From the UHGV virus genome UHGV-1359774: a DNA stretch of 56,960 nt; one strand, 5' to 3'. The DNA is from a virus. The notes below the pieces were generated by a model. The model had not been told where the DNA came from, did not search any database, and worked only from the letters and a program-made list of their open reading frames with translations. Each line of letters starts with the position of its first letter. The stretch's first letter is position 1. The position numbers and the translations under genes were made by a program. Positions 18,889 through 28,471 of this stretch are shown here, piece by piece.

Positions 18889-20281
18889 TCACTTTTTTCC
18901 TTACACACACTACCTTTGCCGCAATGCCTAGTTTCGGCATTAGGTTAGTCCAAGTATATATCTGGCTGTCCAGAAGATGATCTTTAGTTTTTACCTCTAC
19001 TAAAAGCATTTCTTTACCATCAAATGCAAAAATATCGGGCCAGCCGATAGAATTATCTTGCGGATTTTCAAGAACCATTTCAAGAAGCTGATGAAAGCGA
19101 TCCCATCCAAGACCGTCTAACACTGCTTCTATATCTTCAAGCGTTAGCCCGCTGAACCATTTTTTCAATGAAGCGTCTGTATAAATGTCTTGCCAATTTT
19201 GTAATAGTTCTTGTTTTATAGAAAATTTGACATCTTGAATGACATCAACTTTATTAAGTCCATACATATTGATTTGCACGTTAAACGTTCTAGCCCTGTA
19301 ATTTTCTTCAAATAATGCTTTTGATTTTTCTGCAATATAATTAAGACAACCAGCTTGCATGAGCTGCATTATTGGGTGCAATTCATATGTTGTTCCTTTA
19401 TACCCTTGGTGACGCAAATGCCACATTACGGCATCTTCTGGTCTTTTTATTTTTACCGTATCGCTAAGAATATATTTCTTTTCAGTATTATTCCATTGTA
19501 TTTCTAAATATTCCAATTTTATATTATTATTTTTACACTGTTCTTCAAGAAATTTATTATTATTTGCATTTGTTTTATCTACATCTCCTTGTTTTTGTTT
19601 ATCATTTTTTGTAATCAATTTATTTTTTAATTCTGTTGCCTTAAGAATACGTTTTTCCCACTTCCATTCTTCTCCGCTACCTATCAACACACCATAACAG
19701 TTTGTTATCTTTTTAAATTCTTGATGATCTTTATTTAATTCCAGTGCTCTTTGACACGCTTCTATTTCAAGGTCATAATTTTTCAATTTACGAGCTAATA
19801 TAGCTACTCGAAGATATGGTTCTAGACTTATCCATCCGCCAGTAGCATATAAATATAATTCTGATTTATCGCATTCTATGAACCTATTATTTAGTTCTAG
19901 CCTAGTTATTTCATTATCGTCTTCGGAGACAATGTCATATTCACTAAGAGATTTACGCAATTGACCAAAATATAAGTTTTGTGGATTCGGATTTTTTGAT
20001 GGATAGAATTTAAATTCCCCATCTTCTTCTTTTAATTCTCCATATAATCCGCAAAATTCACATTCTAAGTTGAAAAAAATAGAGCCAATTATATTTGCCT
20101 GTTTTCCGCAATTTGGACATGCGGCAGTCAATCCTGCATTGCTATATAGTTGAGTTAAGTTATTTGATAAATTCAATTCACCGCTATCTGTTATTTTATT
20201 ACCATTGACACCTTCAGGCATACTGTCATTGGAAGTTGACTTTTTACCCCATCCACTAAATAACCGCTTTAAAAAATTCAT
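18884..20281 (-). CDS. zinc-ribbon / helical / C-terminal VRR-NUC (PD-(D/E)xK) nuclease protein, very low GC
   Basis: C-terminal block GWPDIFAFDGKEMLLVEVKTKDHLLDSQIYTWTNLMPKLG matches VRR-NUC; N-terminal CPNCG...CEFCG; GGGAGGGGGGG RBS before the ATG at 20281; gene is ~30 % GC against ~60 % nearby. Confidence 0.6.
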   Translation of the reverse strand: MNFLKRLFSGWGKKSTSNDSMPEGVNGNKITDSGELNLSNNLTQLYSNAGLTAACPNCGKQANIIGSIFFNLECEFCGLYGELKEEDGEFKFYPSKNPNPQNLYFGQLRKSLSEYDIVSEDDNEITRLELNNRFIECDKSELYLYATGGWISLEPYLRVAILARKLKNYDLEIEACQRALELNKDHQEFKKITNCYGVLIGSGEEWKWEKRILKATELKNKLITKNDKQKQGDVDKTNANNNKFLEEQCKNNNIKLEYLEIQWNNTEKKYILSDTVKIKRPEDAVMWHLRHQGYKGTTYELHPIMQLMQAGCLNYIAEKSKALFEENYRARTFNVQINMYGLNKVDVIQDVKFSIKQELLQNWQDIYTDASLKKWFSGLTLEDIEAVLDGLGWDRFHQLLEMVLENPQDNSIGWPDIFAFDGKEMLLVEVKTKDHLLDSQIYTWTNLMPKLGIAAKVVCVRKKVI

Positions 20282-20425
20282 CCCCCCCCTCCCCATACAA
20301 AATAATCTAAAAAGGTTTTCGATTACTCCATCTCGTAGATAAAGCTACCAGTTACCAAATATCCGCTCAACAATTTTCTTGACTCGGCGGTGATTTTGTG
20401 GCGTCAAAGGCACAGGAGGGGAATT

Positions 20426-20767
20426 ATGAAAAAAATAGTTTTCTTACTGATCGCGTTGGCAATCTTCATCATGCCTTCAGGAAATTCTTTTGCTCAAAAT
20501 TGCGACAAAGCTGAAGCTCAAAAAATTATCGATGCTCTCGTTTCTGGAGGTTTGGCAGAGCGTCAAGATACTCCAGGAAGCATTACTGTCTGGTATATTT
20601 GGAAAGCAAATTGGTATGGAATGCCAAAGGAAAAACAGTATAGCATGATTTCTGGCTTGGGCGGCGTTGAGCAATGTCTCAAACCGGGAAGAGCTGTTAG
20701 AATTCGAGTTGCCGGTAAAGACGTTGCAAGGGCCAGCTCTACGGGAAAAATCGAATTGTTAGACTAA
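20426..20767 (+). CDS. small secreted protein (signal peptide), low GC
   Basis: AGGAGGGG RBS; MKKIVFLLIALAIFIMPSGNSFA. Confidence 0.45.
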   Translation: MKKIVFLLIALAIFIMPSGNSFAQNCDKAEAQKIIDALVSGGLAERQDTPGSITVWYIWKANWYGMPKEKQYSMISGLGGVEQCLKPGRAVRIRVAGKDVARASSTGKIELLD

Positions 20768-20822
20768 GTTAATATATTTTTATGTACCATTAAGATGGAA
20801 TTTGCATCCGGTGTTCAATGAA

Positions 20823-20849
20823 AGCCCTGCCGAAGCAGGGCTTTTTCTT
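20823..20849 (+). terminator. intrinsic terminator AGCCCTGC-cgaa-GCAGGGCT-TTTTT
   Basis: Direct reading. Confidence 0.5.
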
Positions 20850-21136
20850 GACTTCAATCTTTTTTCGTGCTTCCATTTCTTCACGGTGCTTGAAAACACC
20901 CTCTGGCGGCAACGCCACCCGACAGTTTGGCGCTTTTTTGTGCCCTTTTCCCAAAGTCAAGATTTTTCTTGATGATGTTTTGGGCTAGAATTGCAACCAT
21001 TGTTGCCGGGTGTCCCCGATATGTCCAGGCCGCGAGGCTAAAGGCGGGGAGCAGCTCCAGAGGCTGTTTTCAACACCCGGCATTTTCTATTGGAGAGAAT
21101 GCCTTGTGAACCTTGAAAAGTTCCTCTGGAGGCATC

Positions 21137-22057
21137 ATGAACATCTCCCTCACCTTCAACGAAATTTCTTTCACACCCGTCACCCACCAAAACAGTCTTT
21201 GGATTCGTGCAGCAGAACTTGCCCACGCTTTGGGTTTTGCGCGCGAAGATAAGGTTACTCAAATCTATCAGCGGCATGCCGACGAGTTTACGCCGGATAT
21301 GACGCAACTTATTGAAAACGCCGTAGAACCTCAAAATGGGGTTCAGGGTAATTTAGCTCCTGGCCGCTGCCGCATCTTCTCCCTTCGCGGCTGCCACCTC
21401 CTTGCCATGTTCGCGCGCACGCCCGTAGCCAAGGCGTTTCGCAAGTGGGTGCTGGATGTGCTGGACAGGCTGGCGGCTGAAGAACGAGCCACCCTGCCGT
21501 CTTCCGGCACGCTGACGCCGGAGCAGCAGGCCCAGCTACAGGCCATCGTGGCGGCCAAGGCCGGGATGGTCCCGGCATCTCATCGTCGCAGGGCGTTTCA
21601 GGAAATCTGGGCGCGCTTCAACAACAATTTCCAGATCGCGCGCTATGCCCAGCTTCCCCCAGCCAGAATAGGCGAGGCTGTGGAATATCTGGTGAGCATG
21701 GAGGTCAAGGCGGCCAAGGCCCTGCCGCCAACCGACAAGGAATCCTTGACAGTTGCCGCGTCCACGGCCCTCGCCTTCCGCGCGGATTTTCCCGACGACA
21801 TGGGCAGTGACCGCAAGGAGGCCATGCAGCGGATCGAGCGCATTGCACGCGAGATGCACACCAGCTTTACCGTGGTGCGCAATATCGTCCGCCTTGGCTG
21901 CCATCCGGGCAGCAAGACCATGCGCATGAGTCTGGACGAGCGGGAGGCATATGAAACCCTCCACAACCTCTATACCACTGCGGACGAAAGCCTGTGCGCC
22001 GCCTACAACGCCCTTGACGCCGGGTACAAGCTGGGCCGCCTGTACGGGCGTGGGTAG
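21137..22057 (+). CDS. phage antirepressor, AntA/AntB N-terminal domain family
   Basis: GGAGG RBS; ISFTPVTHQNSLWIRAAELAHALGF resembles the AntA N-domain. Confidence 0.55.
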   Translation: MNISLTFNEISFTPVTHQNSLWIRAAELAHALGFAREDKVTQIYQRHADEFTPDMTQLIENAVEPQNGVQGNLAPGRCRIFSLRGCHLLAMFARTPVAKAFRKWVLDVLDRLAAEERATLPSSGTLTPEQQAQLQAIVAAKAGMVPASHRRRAFQEIWARFNNNFQIARYAQLPPARIGEAVEYLVSMEVKAAKALPPTDKESLTVAASTALAFRADFPDDMGSDRKEAMQRIERIAREMHTSFTVVRNIVRLGCHPGSKTMRMSLDEREAYETLHNLYTTADESLCAAYNALDAGYKLGRLYGRG

Positions 22058-22066
22058 GGGGCCGTC

Positions 22067-22285
22067 ATGGATACCCCTGCCATCAACATGTACCAGCGCA
22101 TGGCCCTGCTGGCCCTGATCGATGTGGAATCCGCGCGAGTGGCTGTGGGACAGCGCGAACGCCGGGCGGCCAGGCATCGGCTCTTTGCCCTGATCCGGGA
22201 GCGGTACGGCGAGAAGTACACCAAACTGCCGCCGAGAGTATTCAGAGAGACGGCGCACTGGCTCATTGATGGGCCGCTGAACTAA
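22067..22285 (+). CDS. hypothetical protein
   Basis: ORF coupled to the antirepressor gene. Confidence 0.3.
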   Translation: MDTPAINMYQRMALLALIDVESARVAVGQRERRAARHRLFALIRERYGEKYTKLPPRVFRETAHWLIDGPLN

Positions 22286-22291
22286 CTGAGG

Positions 22292-22328
22292 GGCCGGGCG
22301 CTTATGGCGTCCGGCCTTTTATTTTTTT
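22292..22328 (+). terminator. intrinsic terminator (GGCCGGGCGC-ttatg-GCGTCCGGCC then TTTTATTTTTTT)
   Basis: Direct reading. Confidence 0.6.
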
Positions 22329-22337
22329 CTGCCCCCC

Positions 22338-22369
22338 CCAAAAAAGTGAGTGTTTAATCTGTTTTTGCC
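22338..22369 (+). promoter_or_regulatory. late-operon motif copy B (CAAAAAAGTGAGTGTTTAATCTGTTTTTGCC), ~50 nt upstream of the tape-measure gene
   Basis: Identical over 30 nt to copy C. Confidence 0.5.
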
Positions 22370-22410
22370 GTCATGCGGGCGCTAGAGTTTTCCCAAAAAG
22401 GAGAAAGCGT

Positions 22411-25400
22411 ATGCCCGGAATCGTCGTTGGAATTGATGTCAGCGAGTTCAATAAAAAACTTTCCGCCGCCCAGCAGGCCGTGAATGGCCTGTCCAGCGTT
22501 CTGAAGGTCGTGCCGCGTGAAGCTCTGAAAACTGCCGCTGCGCTAAATGACACAGGAAAAAACTTCAAAAATACGGCTGATAATTCAGCAACATTTTCTA
22601 AAGAATTGAATGGAGCCAGTAGCGCCGCCCAAAAAGCAGCCCTGAATATCAAATCCCTTGGGGCGCGAATTTTGGCGTTAGTAGGGGCCTACAAGGCGCT
22701 AGAAGGAATCAAGGGATATTATCAAAATATCATAAATTTTAACAGCAGCATTGAATCCTCTACAATTTCTATTGCATCTGTTCTTGGCGCTACCAACAAA
22801 ATAGCCACCGCCGAAGGAAAAAGCCTTGAGGGCATTGAAAAATTCAATGCTGCTCAAAAAATTTCCGCCGAGCTTATGGAACAAATTCAGGTTTTGGCCC
22901 TTGAATCGACAGCGACGTTTGAGGGCCTCGCTGATGGTGTTTCAGGCATCATTGCTCCGGCCACAAAAGCGGGGATAGCCATTGAGAAATTGCCCAAATT
23001 CGCCGTTACCGCAGCGCAAGCCATGGCTGCGATGAAGATTCCAACGCAGCAAATGCGGACGGAGATTGAGGCTCTTTTGAGTGGCAATATCAACAAAGTA
23101 CAAGATATCCTTGCGACAAACCTTGGCATCACGGGGGAAATGGTCAAGAATTGGCAAAAACAGGGCACGCTTATCGAGGAGCTTGAAAAAAGGCTTCGTA
23201 TTTTTGCAGAAGCGGGAAAAGCGTCTGCACAAACATGGTCAGGGTTAGTCAGCAATTTGAATGATGCCTATGATTATCTTTCAGCAAAAACTGGAAAGGG
23301 CATCTTTGAGGGGATGAAACAGTCATTCCGCGAATTATTGGATATTCTTGTCAATACGAAAGGAAAACTTGGCGTTGGCGAAGACATACAAAACATTGTA
23401 AAAATGGTTACAGAACTCCAAGATGAAATAGGAAATGGACTTATATCTGTAACAAGAGATTTTATTGACGATATTAAAGAACTGAATAAGCCGGAAAATA
23501 TAGCAGACATAAAAAGAGGATTTTCAGAATTTAAAAATACCCTAACTGGTACATTTGATATTTTGAAAAGTGTTGTATCTACACTGAAAGATGCAATATC
23601 TTTTTCCCTCAAGGGATGGAGTGACGCCCCTGACATCATTAAAGAAATGGGGCTAATCGGAGCGATTGCCCTTGGGGCAAAAGGGAGAATAGCACTCCTC
23701 GCCATTGGCGCTGCTGCTGAAGGCTTGGAACGGCTACAAGCCGTAATGTACAAATTGGGGATGTCAAGCTCATCAGACGTCACTTCTCAAATGCTAAAAA
23801 CAGCGGGCTATCTTGACCAGTCAGAACTTTACGATACCGGGCCGTCTTTAGCATCAACAAGAAAACCCAAAACACAACCCCCGGCGCTTTCCAATTCACA
23901 CGGAGCCCCTGCGTTGGCGAGTTCTCATGGCACAGAGTCAAATTCGGGACGCGAAAAATACAAGACAGGAAATGATATTGGTGGTTTTGGCGGAGAAAAC
24001 AAGGGGCAGTCGAAAATTGAGAACGCCCAAGAGAAAATAAAGCGATTGCGCGAAGAAATAAACCGCCTCAACGACGATGCCAGCAAAGCGGGCAACAGCC
24101 TCGACCAGAAGCTCAGAGAAATTGAGAAACTCGGTGAGTCAGCCGGACTGTCTGCGTCTGAAGTAAGTCAACTCAAGACGGAGTATACGCAGGCATTCAA
24201 GGCGGACACCCTCAAAGAATTTGATAAGGCGTTGCTGGAAGCACAAGGCGACACACAGGCGCTGCAACAGATCAAAATTGATGAAACGATGCAGACATGG
24301 GGTGCGCAGTTTAGCCAACTCAATACGAAATTAAGTGAGCTTGGATTGGCGACAATCGATGCCACTCCGAAGCTTGAAGAGATGCGTAAGGCCCTTGAGC
24401 ATGAACAAAACACCAAAAACCTCCAAGTCACCGCCGACTTTTACAAGCAGCTTGCCGAATACTCCGGCGACTACAACCTGTCTATGGAATACCAGAACCG
24501 GCTCATTGAGATTCAGGGCCAGAACTGGATTCAAAACGGCATAGCCATGAATGATGTCATCAAGATGCAGGAGCTTATGCGACAGGAGGCGGCCCGCGAT
24601 CCGTGGTCCGGCATGCTGCGCGGGATGCGCAAATGGAGCGGAGAAGCCACCAACCTTGGCAAACAGGTGGAAACGTCCCTGACATCCGCCTTTGATAACG
24701 CTTCCGACGCCCTGGCCGACTTCGTCACCACCGGCAAGCTGAACTTCGCGGACCTGGCGAACAGTATTATTTCCGACTTGGCGCGTATCGCGGCGCGGCA
24801 GGCCATCGGCGGCATTGTGGGGGGCCTGGCGAGCGGCTTGGGCAACCTGTTCGGCGGCAGCTATACCGATACGGCTAAAAACATGGTGAACTATATCCCT
24901 GGCGTGAATTTTTCCGCCAAGGGCAACGTCTTTTCCGGCGGCAACATCTCGGATTACTCCAATTCCATCGTCTCGCGGCCCACTCTCTTCAGCTACGGCT
25001 CCCAGCTGCAGCCCTTCGCGCGCGGGGCCGGATTGATGGGCGAAGCCGGGCGGGAAGCTATCCTGCCTTTGGCGCGCACCAGCGGCGGCAATCTCGGCGT
25101 ATATGCCACCTTTGAGCAACGGCAGCTGCAACGCGACATGGACAGTCTCAAGGCGTCCATGAACACCGTAGAGGCAATCATACTGAGCCATAAGGCGCAA
25201 CGCGAGGCGGCAGCCGCGCCCGCGCCGGAAGTCAAGGTTAACATCATCAACAACAGCAACGCACAGGTCACGCAGGAAACGCGCACAGACAACTACGGCA
25301 ACAAGACCATTGACGTAATGGTCGGCGACGCGGCGGCCCGGCAACTCAATCGGCCCGGCACCACTCTGAACAAATCCTTCTACCAGCAAACCGGCCTGCA

Positions 25401-25422
25401 ACGCAGGGCCATCAGGAGGTAA
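22411..25422 (+). CDS. tail length tape-measure protein
   Basis: 1003 aa, long helical low-complexity protein; AAGGAGAAA RBS; followed by M/L/K homologues. Confidence 0.8.
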   Translation: MPGIVVGIDVSEFNKKLSAAQQAVNGLSSVLKVVPREALKTAAALNDTGKNFKNTADNSATFSKELNGASSAAQKAALNIKSLGARILALVGAYKALEGIKGYYQNIINFNSSIESSTISIASVLGATNKIATAEGKSLEGIEKFNAAQKISAELMEQIQVLALESTATFEGLADGVSGIIAPATKAGIAIEKLPKFAVTAAQAMAAMKIPTQQMRTEIEALLSGNINKVQDILATNLGITGEMVKNWQKQGTLIEELEKRLRIFAEAGKASAQTWSGLVSNLNDAYDYLSAKTGKGIFEGMKQSFRELLDILVNTKGKLGVGEDIQNIVKMVTELQDEIGNGLISVTRDFIDDIKELNKPENIADIKRGFSEFKNTLTGTFDILKSVVSTLKDAISFSLKGWSDAPDIIKEMGLIGAIALGAKGRIALLAIGAAAEGLERLQAVMYKLGMSSSSDVTSQMLKTAGYLDQSELYDTGPSLASTRKPKTQPPALSNSHGAPALASSHGTESNSGREKYKTGNDIGGFGGENKGQSKIENAQEKIKRLREEINRLNDDASKAGNSLDQKLREIEKLGESAGLSASEVSQLKTEYTQAFKADTLKEFDKALLEAQGDTQALQQIKIDETMQTWGAQFSQLNTKLSELGLATIDATPKLEEMRKALEHEQNTKNLQVTADFYKQLAEYSGDYNLSMEYQNRLIEIQGQNWIQNGIAMNDVIKMQELMRQEAARDPWSGMLRGMRKWSGEATNLGKQVETSLTSAFDNASDALADFVTTGKLNFADLANSIISDLARIAARQAIGGIVGGLASGLGNLFGGSYTDTAKNMVNYIPGVNFSAKGNVFSGGNISDYSNSIVSRPTLFSYGSQLQPFARGAGLMGEAGREAILPLARTSGGNLGVYATFEQRQLQRDMDSLKASMNTVEAIILSHKAQREAAAAPAPEVKVNIINNSNAQVTQETRTDNYGNKTIDVMVGDAAARQLNRPGTTLNKSFYQQTGLQRRAIRR

Positions 25423-25424
25423 AC

Positions 25425-25808
25425 ATGGGCGCAATCTGGCCCCCTGCCCTGCCGCAACGCCCGCAGCGAAGCGGCTACAAATCGCAGTACCCGAACCAGC
25501 TTATCCGTTCCGATATGGACAGTGGCCCGGCCAAGGTGCGCCGACGCGGCAACGCCAAGCCGGTGACGCTCTCTCTGACCTATGTGCTCAATGCGGAGCA
25601 ATTGGCGGTTTTCAAGGATTTTGTCTCGGAAGCCATCGCGGAGGGCGCGGTCTGTTTCGACTGGCCGCATCCGGTGCTCAACCGTTATGTCCGGGCGCGC
25701 CTAGTGGGACAAAATTCGTCCATCTACGACGAACAACTGTTCGGCGATACCTTGGACTGGCAGATAACCTTAACACTGGAGTACTGGCCCGATGCCCCTC
25801 TCACCTAA
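25425..25808 (+). CDS. minor tail protein M-like
   Basis: GGAGG RBS; size and blocks (GYKSQYP...VTLSLTYVLNAEQLAVFKDF) parallel lambda gpM. Confidence 0.5.
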   Translation: MGAIWPPALPQRPQRSGYKSQYPNQLIRSDMDSGPAKVRRRGNAKPVTLSLTYVLNAEQLAVFKDFVSEAIAEGAVCFDWPHPVLNRYVRARLVGQNSSIYDEQLFGDTLDWQITLTLEYWPDAPLT

Positions 25809-26313
25809 AGCGCTTTCGGTCATCTTGGAGCCATCCACTGAAGAGCGAGAAATCGGCCTGATTACCATGACCCACGCCAAGTGGGCGGAGCCTATCCGCT
25901 TGTCCACGGATGCCACGGAATGGCTGCGCAACGATGAAAAGAGCGGCGAACCGATTTACTGCACCAAAAGCCGGGGAGAAATCTATCTGTACGCGCCCAT
26001 GAATGCCGTACTGCCGGATTCCAGCGAGGAGTCCCCGCCCACCGGCAAGGTGACGTTCTCCAACGTGGGCCGCATCGTCACACCGTATCTGACGCTGGTA
26101 GACAGCAAGTATCCGCGCGTAACCCTGGAAGTGGTGTTGGCTTCCAGTCCTGACATCGTGGAAGTATGCTATCCGGAACTCGATCTTTCTTCAGCCAACT
26201 GGGACAGTCAGACGGCGGAAGTCTCCATGTCCATGAACATCGTCGCCCATGAACCCATGCCCTGGCTGCGCTTCGTGCCCGCCTATTTTTACAACATCAC
26301 TGCCGGAGAGTAA
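25792..26313 (+). CDS. minor tail protein L-like (by position)
   Basis: Position between the M-like and K-like genes. Confidence 0.4.
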   Translation: MPLSPKALSVILEPSTEEREIGLITMTHAKWAEPIRLSTDATEWLRNDEKSGEPIYCTKSRGEIYLYAPMNAVLPDSSEESPPTGKVTFSNVGRIVTPYLTLVDSKYPRVTLEVVLASSPDIVEVCYPELDLSSANWDSQTAEVSMSMNIVAHEPMPWLRFVPAYFYNITAGE

Positions 26314-26314
26314 T

Positions 26315-26719
26315 ATGGACCTGCGCAAATATATCGGCATCCCGTTTCGGGACCACGGGCGCGGCTTTGACGGTTGCGATTGCTGGGGCTTGTGTATGCT
26401 GGCCTACCGCGAGGAACTTGGCCTGGAACTGCCGGACCTGGGCGACGCGTACTCCGAAGCCTATGCCCGCGGCGAAGTGGACGCGACAGTCAGGCGCACC
26501 GTGTCGGAATCCTGGAACCTTGACGTGACCGGCGGCCCGTATCTGCCCCTGGACGTGATGATATTCAGCCGGGGCGGCGAGGATTGCCATGTGGGGCTAT
26601 GGGTGGCCCCCGGAGAAATGCTGCATGTTATTGAGGGCATCGACGCCTGCCTGGAACGCTTCGATAGCGCGCGATGGAAACGCAAGCTCTCGCGGGTTAT
26701 CCGGCACCGGCAGCGCTAA
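26315..26719 (+). CDS. tail assembly protein K-like, NlpC/P60 Cys-His peptidase domain
   Basis: GCDCWGLCMLAY ... HVGLWV ... H pattern; GGAGAG RBS. Confidence 0.55.
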   Translation: MDLRKYIGIPFRDHGRGFDGCDCWGLCMLAYREELGLELPDLGDAYSEAYARGEVDATVRRTVSESWNLDVTGGPYLPLDVMIFSRGGEDCHVGLWVAPGEMLHVIEGIDACLERFDSARWKRKLSRVIRHRQR

Positions 26720-26927
26720 AGGCCCTGTCCAGCGCATCCCGGCTCGTCTGGCTCAATGTACCGCAAATGCCGCAGCATTCGCCATCGGGACTACCCATGC
26801 CCTGACAAAATACGCGGCACCAGACGGGGCGCGGCGCGTCATCAGCCATCGCTTCGCCGCGCGGCAGCTTTCCGTCTATCTCGATAAGAGCGCGCACCAG
26901 GCACACGGCATCCAAGGCATCGGCCAT
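26697..26927 (-). CDS. hypothetical protein
   Basis: GGAGTGAGG RBS; overlaps the 3' end of the K-like gene. Confidence 0.25.
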   Translation of the reverse strand: MADALDAVCLVRALIEIDGKLPRGEAMADDAPRPVWCRVFCQGMGSPDGECCGICGTLSQTSRDALDRAFSAAGAG

Positions 26928-26932
26928 AATCC

Positions 26933-27143
26933 TCACTCCATGGGCCAAACGCCGTCATAGCAGCCGTCAAGAGCCTTGGTGTGATTCTGAGGCCAGAACT
27001 TGCGGGGACAAATGCCTGTATCCGCGTCCGAAGCGCTGGAGTCCTCCCGTAGCGGAATCCAGATGGCGCACACGCCACAGACCAGATAAGGGCGTGCATC
27101 CGGTTTAGAGCCGTCAGAGACAGGCGCACAGGCCGCCTTACAC
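26933..27143 (-). CDS. hypothetical Cys-rich protein
   Basis: ATG overlaps the stop of the upstream gene (ATGTGTAA). Confidence 0.2.
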
Positions 27144-27335
27144 ATCAGCGGCAGCCTTTTTGGCAGACTTGCGCGGCTTCTGCCGGGCAGGCGCGGAAAG
27201 CGGCTCCACACTCTGTTCAAGCTGGACCGCCTTCGCATCACGTGATTGACTGACCACCTTCACCGGCCTGGGCAGTGGCGTGTTCACGCCCAGAGCCAGG
27301 CAAAGACGCCGTAAAAACAAGATATTCACATCCAT
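27138..27335 (-). CDS. hypothetical small basic protein with Lys/Ala-rich tail
   Basis: AAGAGGA RBS. Confidence 0.35.
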   Translation of the reverse strand: MDVNILFLRRLCLALGVNTPLPRPVKVVSQSRDAKAVQLEQSVEPLSAPARQKPRKSAKKAAADV

Positions 27336-27385
27336 GTCCTCTTATAGCGCCCCGGCCAGGCACGATACCCAGCCGGGGCGCACCG

Positions 27386-27616
27386 TCAGCGCGCGACTTC
27401 TTCCGAAGCCGTGACAATCGCCAACAGCATTACCGCTATCTCTTCCAGTTGCCGCAGCGACGGCACGCGGCCACGGGTCTTGTAAGCCATGAACATCGGC
27501 GCGCCTTCACGGATCACCTTGTTCAAGACATCCCGAGAGCTGCGCTCCCGTTCCATGGTCCGCGCGACATCATCTTCAACACGGTCCATGACCCGGCGCA
27601 GGGCGTCGTCACTCAT
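27386..27616 (-). CDS. hypothetical protein
   Basis: Start overlaps the stop of the upstream gene. Confidence 0.35.
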   Translation of the reverse strand: MSDDALRRVMDRVEDDVARTMERERSSRDVLNKVIREGAPMFMAYKTRGRVPSLRQLEEIAVMLLAIVTASEEVAR

Positions 27617-28127
27617 GGCTCACCTCGCCGATAGGCATGCTTTCGCCTTCTTCTTGCGCCTCTTCCCCGCTCTCCGGGGCCGGGGGCTGAAAAAGATCGC
27701 TTGCCCATGTTTCCTTCGGCCCCTGTGCGCGGGACTCTTCCGCCACAGTGCCGAAAAGGGAATCAACAAAACCCTGTGCAGGGTCTGTGCTTTGGTGCTT
27801 GGGCGTGGCCGCATAGCAGATCATGTTACCCGGCTGCAACAGGTCAAACGGGATTGGCCTGTCCGACAGCCGGAAGAACAGATATTGCCGCGCGGGCGTG
27901 GTCGTGCCTGGAATCGGCGGCTGTTGCATGACAACATAGCTGAAGACCATCTTGCCCTTGTCGCTCACCGTCACCTGCTGGCTGTTCCGCGCAATGCAGT
28001 GCATACGCGAAACATTGGGTTCCATGCCATAGCGCGGATCAGCGTCCGCAGGCAGGTTGGGAATGTAGACCAGGGAATAGTCCACTACGCCGTCGCTGAA
28101 ACGGGCCGGAAGAGGCAGTTTGCTCAT
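27609..28127 (-). CDS. hypothetical protein
   Basis: Start 2 nt after the stop of the upstream ORF. Confidence 0.4.
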   Translation of the reverse strand: MSKLPLPARFSDGVVDYSLVYIPNLPADADPRYGMEPNVSRMHCIARNSQQVTVSDKGKMVFSYVVMQQPPIPGTTTPARQYLFFRLSDRPIPFDLLQPGNMICYAATPKHQSTDPAQGFVDSLFGTVAEESRAQGPKETWASDLFQPPAPESGEEAQEEGESMPIGEVSHE

Positions 28128-28131
28128 GGTT

Positions 28132-28468
28132 ACACCTTTGCCCTTTCGGGCTGGCTTTGGGTTTCTTCCTTTTTCATGAGATGGGCGCGGGCCTGGGCCG
28201 CAGCCGAAGCCACATGCCCAAGCTCACGGATAGCGTCACGAATGCAGCCGGTTCCGGCCTTGTAGGCGTCCACGGCCTTTTTCGCTTCGCCGTATTCCAT
28301 CTCCACAATGCCCCAGTATTCGCCCTTGGCGAGATAGGGCGGCCATGTGGGCGGCGGGCTGTTTACGGTATCCCATTCGAAGTTCAGGGTTTCGCGTAAA
28401 TAATCACCGCCGCCCCGAGGTTCTCGGTCAGCTTCTTCAGCTTGGTTTTCATCCCGTCCGTGACCGTC
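28132..28468 (-). other. open frame continuing in phase directly after the TGA of the Arg/Asp-rich ORF (possible recoding, extension domain, or separate gene with a non-ATG start)
   Basis: The frame stays open ~110 codons after the TGA at 28472-74 and keeps an R/D/E/G-rich composition (ADGHGRDENQAEEADREPRGGGDY...). Confidence 0.3.
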
Positions 28469-28471
28469 CGC

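Noticed and set aside
16520-22359. 20-bp perfect inverted repeat (GATTAAACACTCACTTTTTT / its reverse complement) flanking 5.8 kb, considered as a Gin/Mu-G-type invertible segment
   Set aside because: A third copy at 41291 has the same orientation relative to its downstream gene, and all three sit upstream of late operons. A promoter or regulatory motif explains them better, and no serine invertase gene is present.
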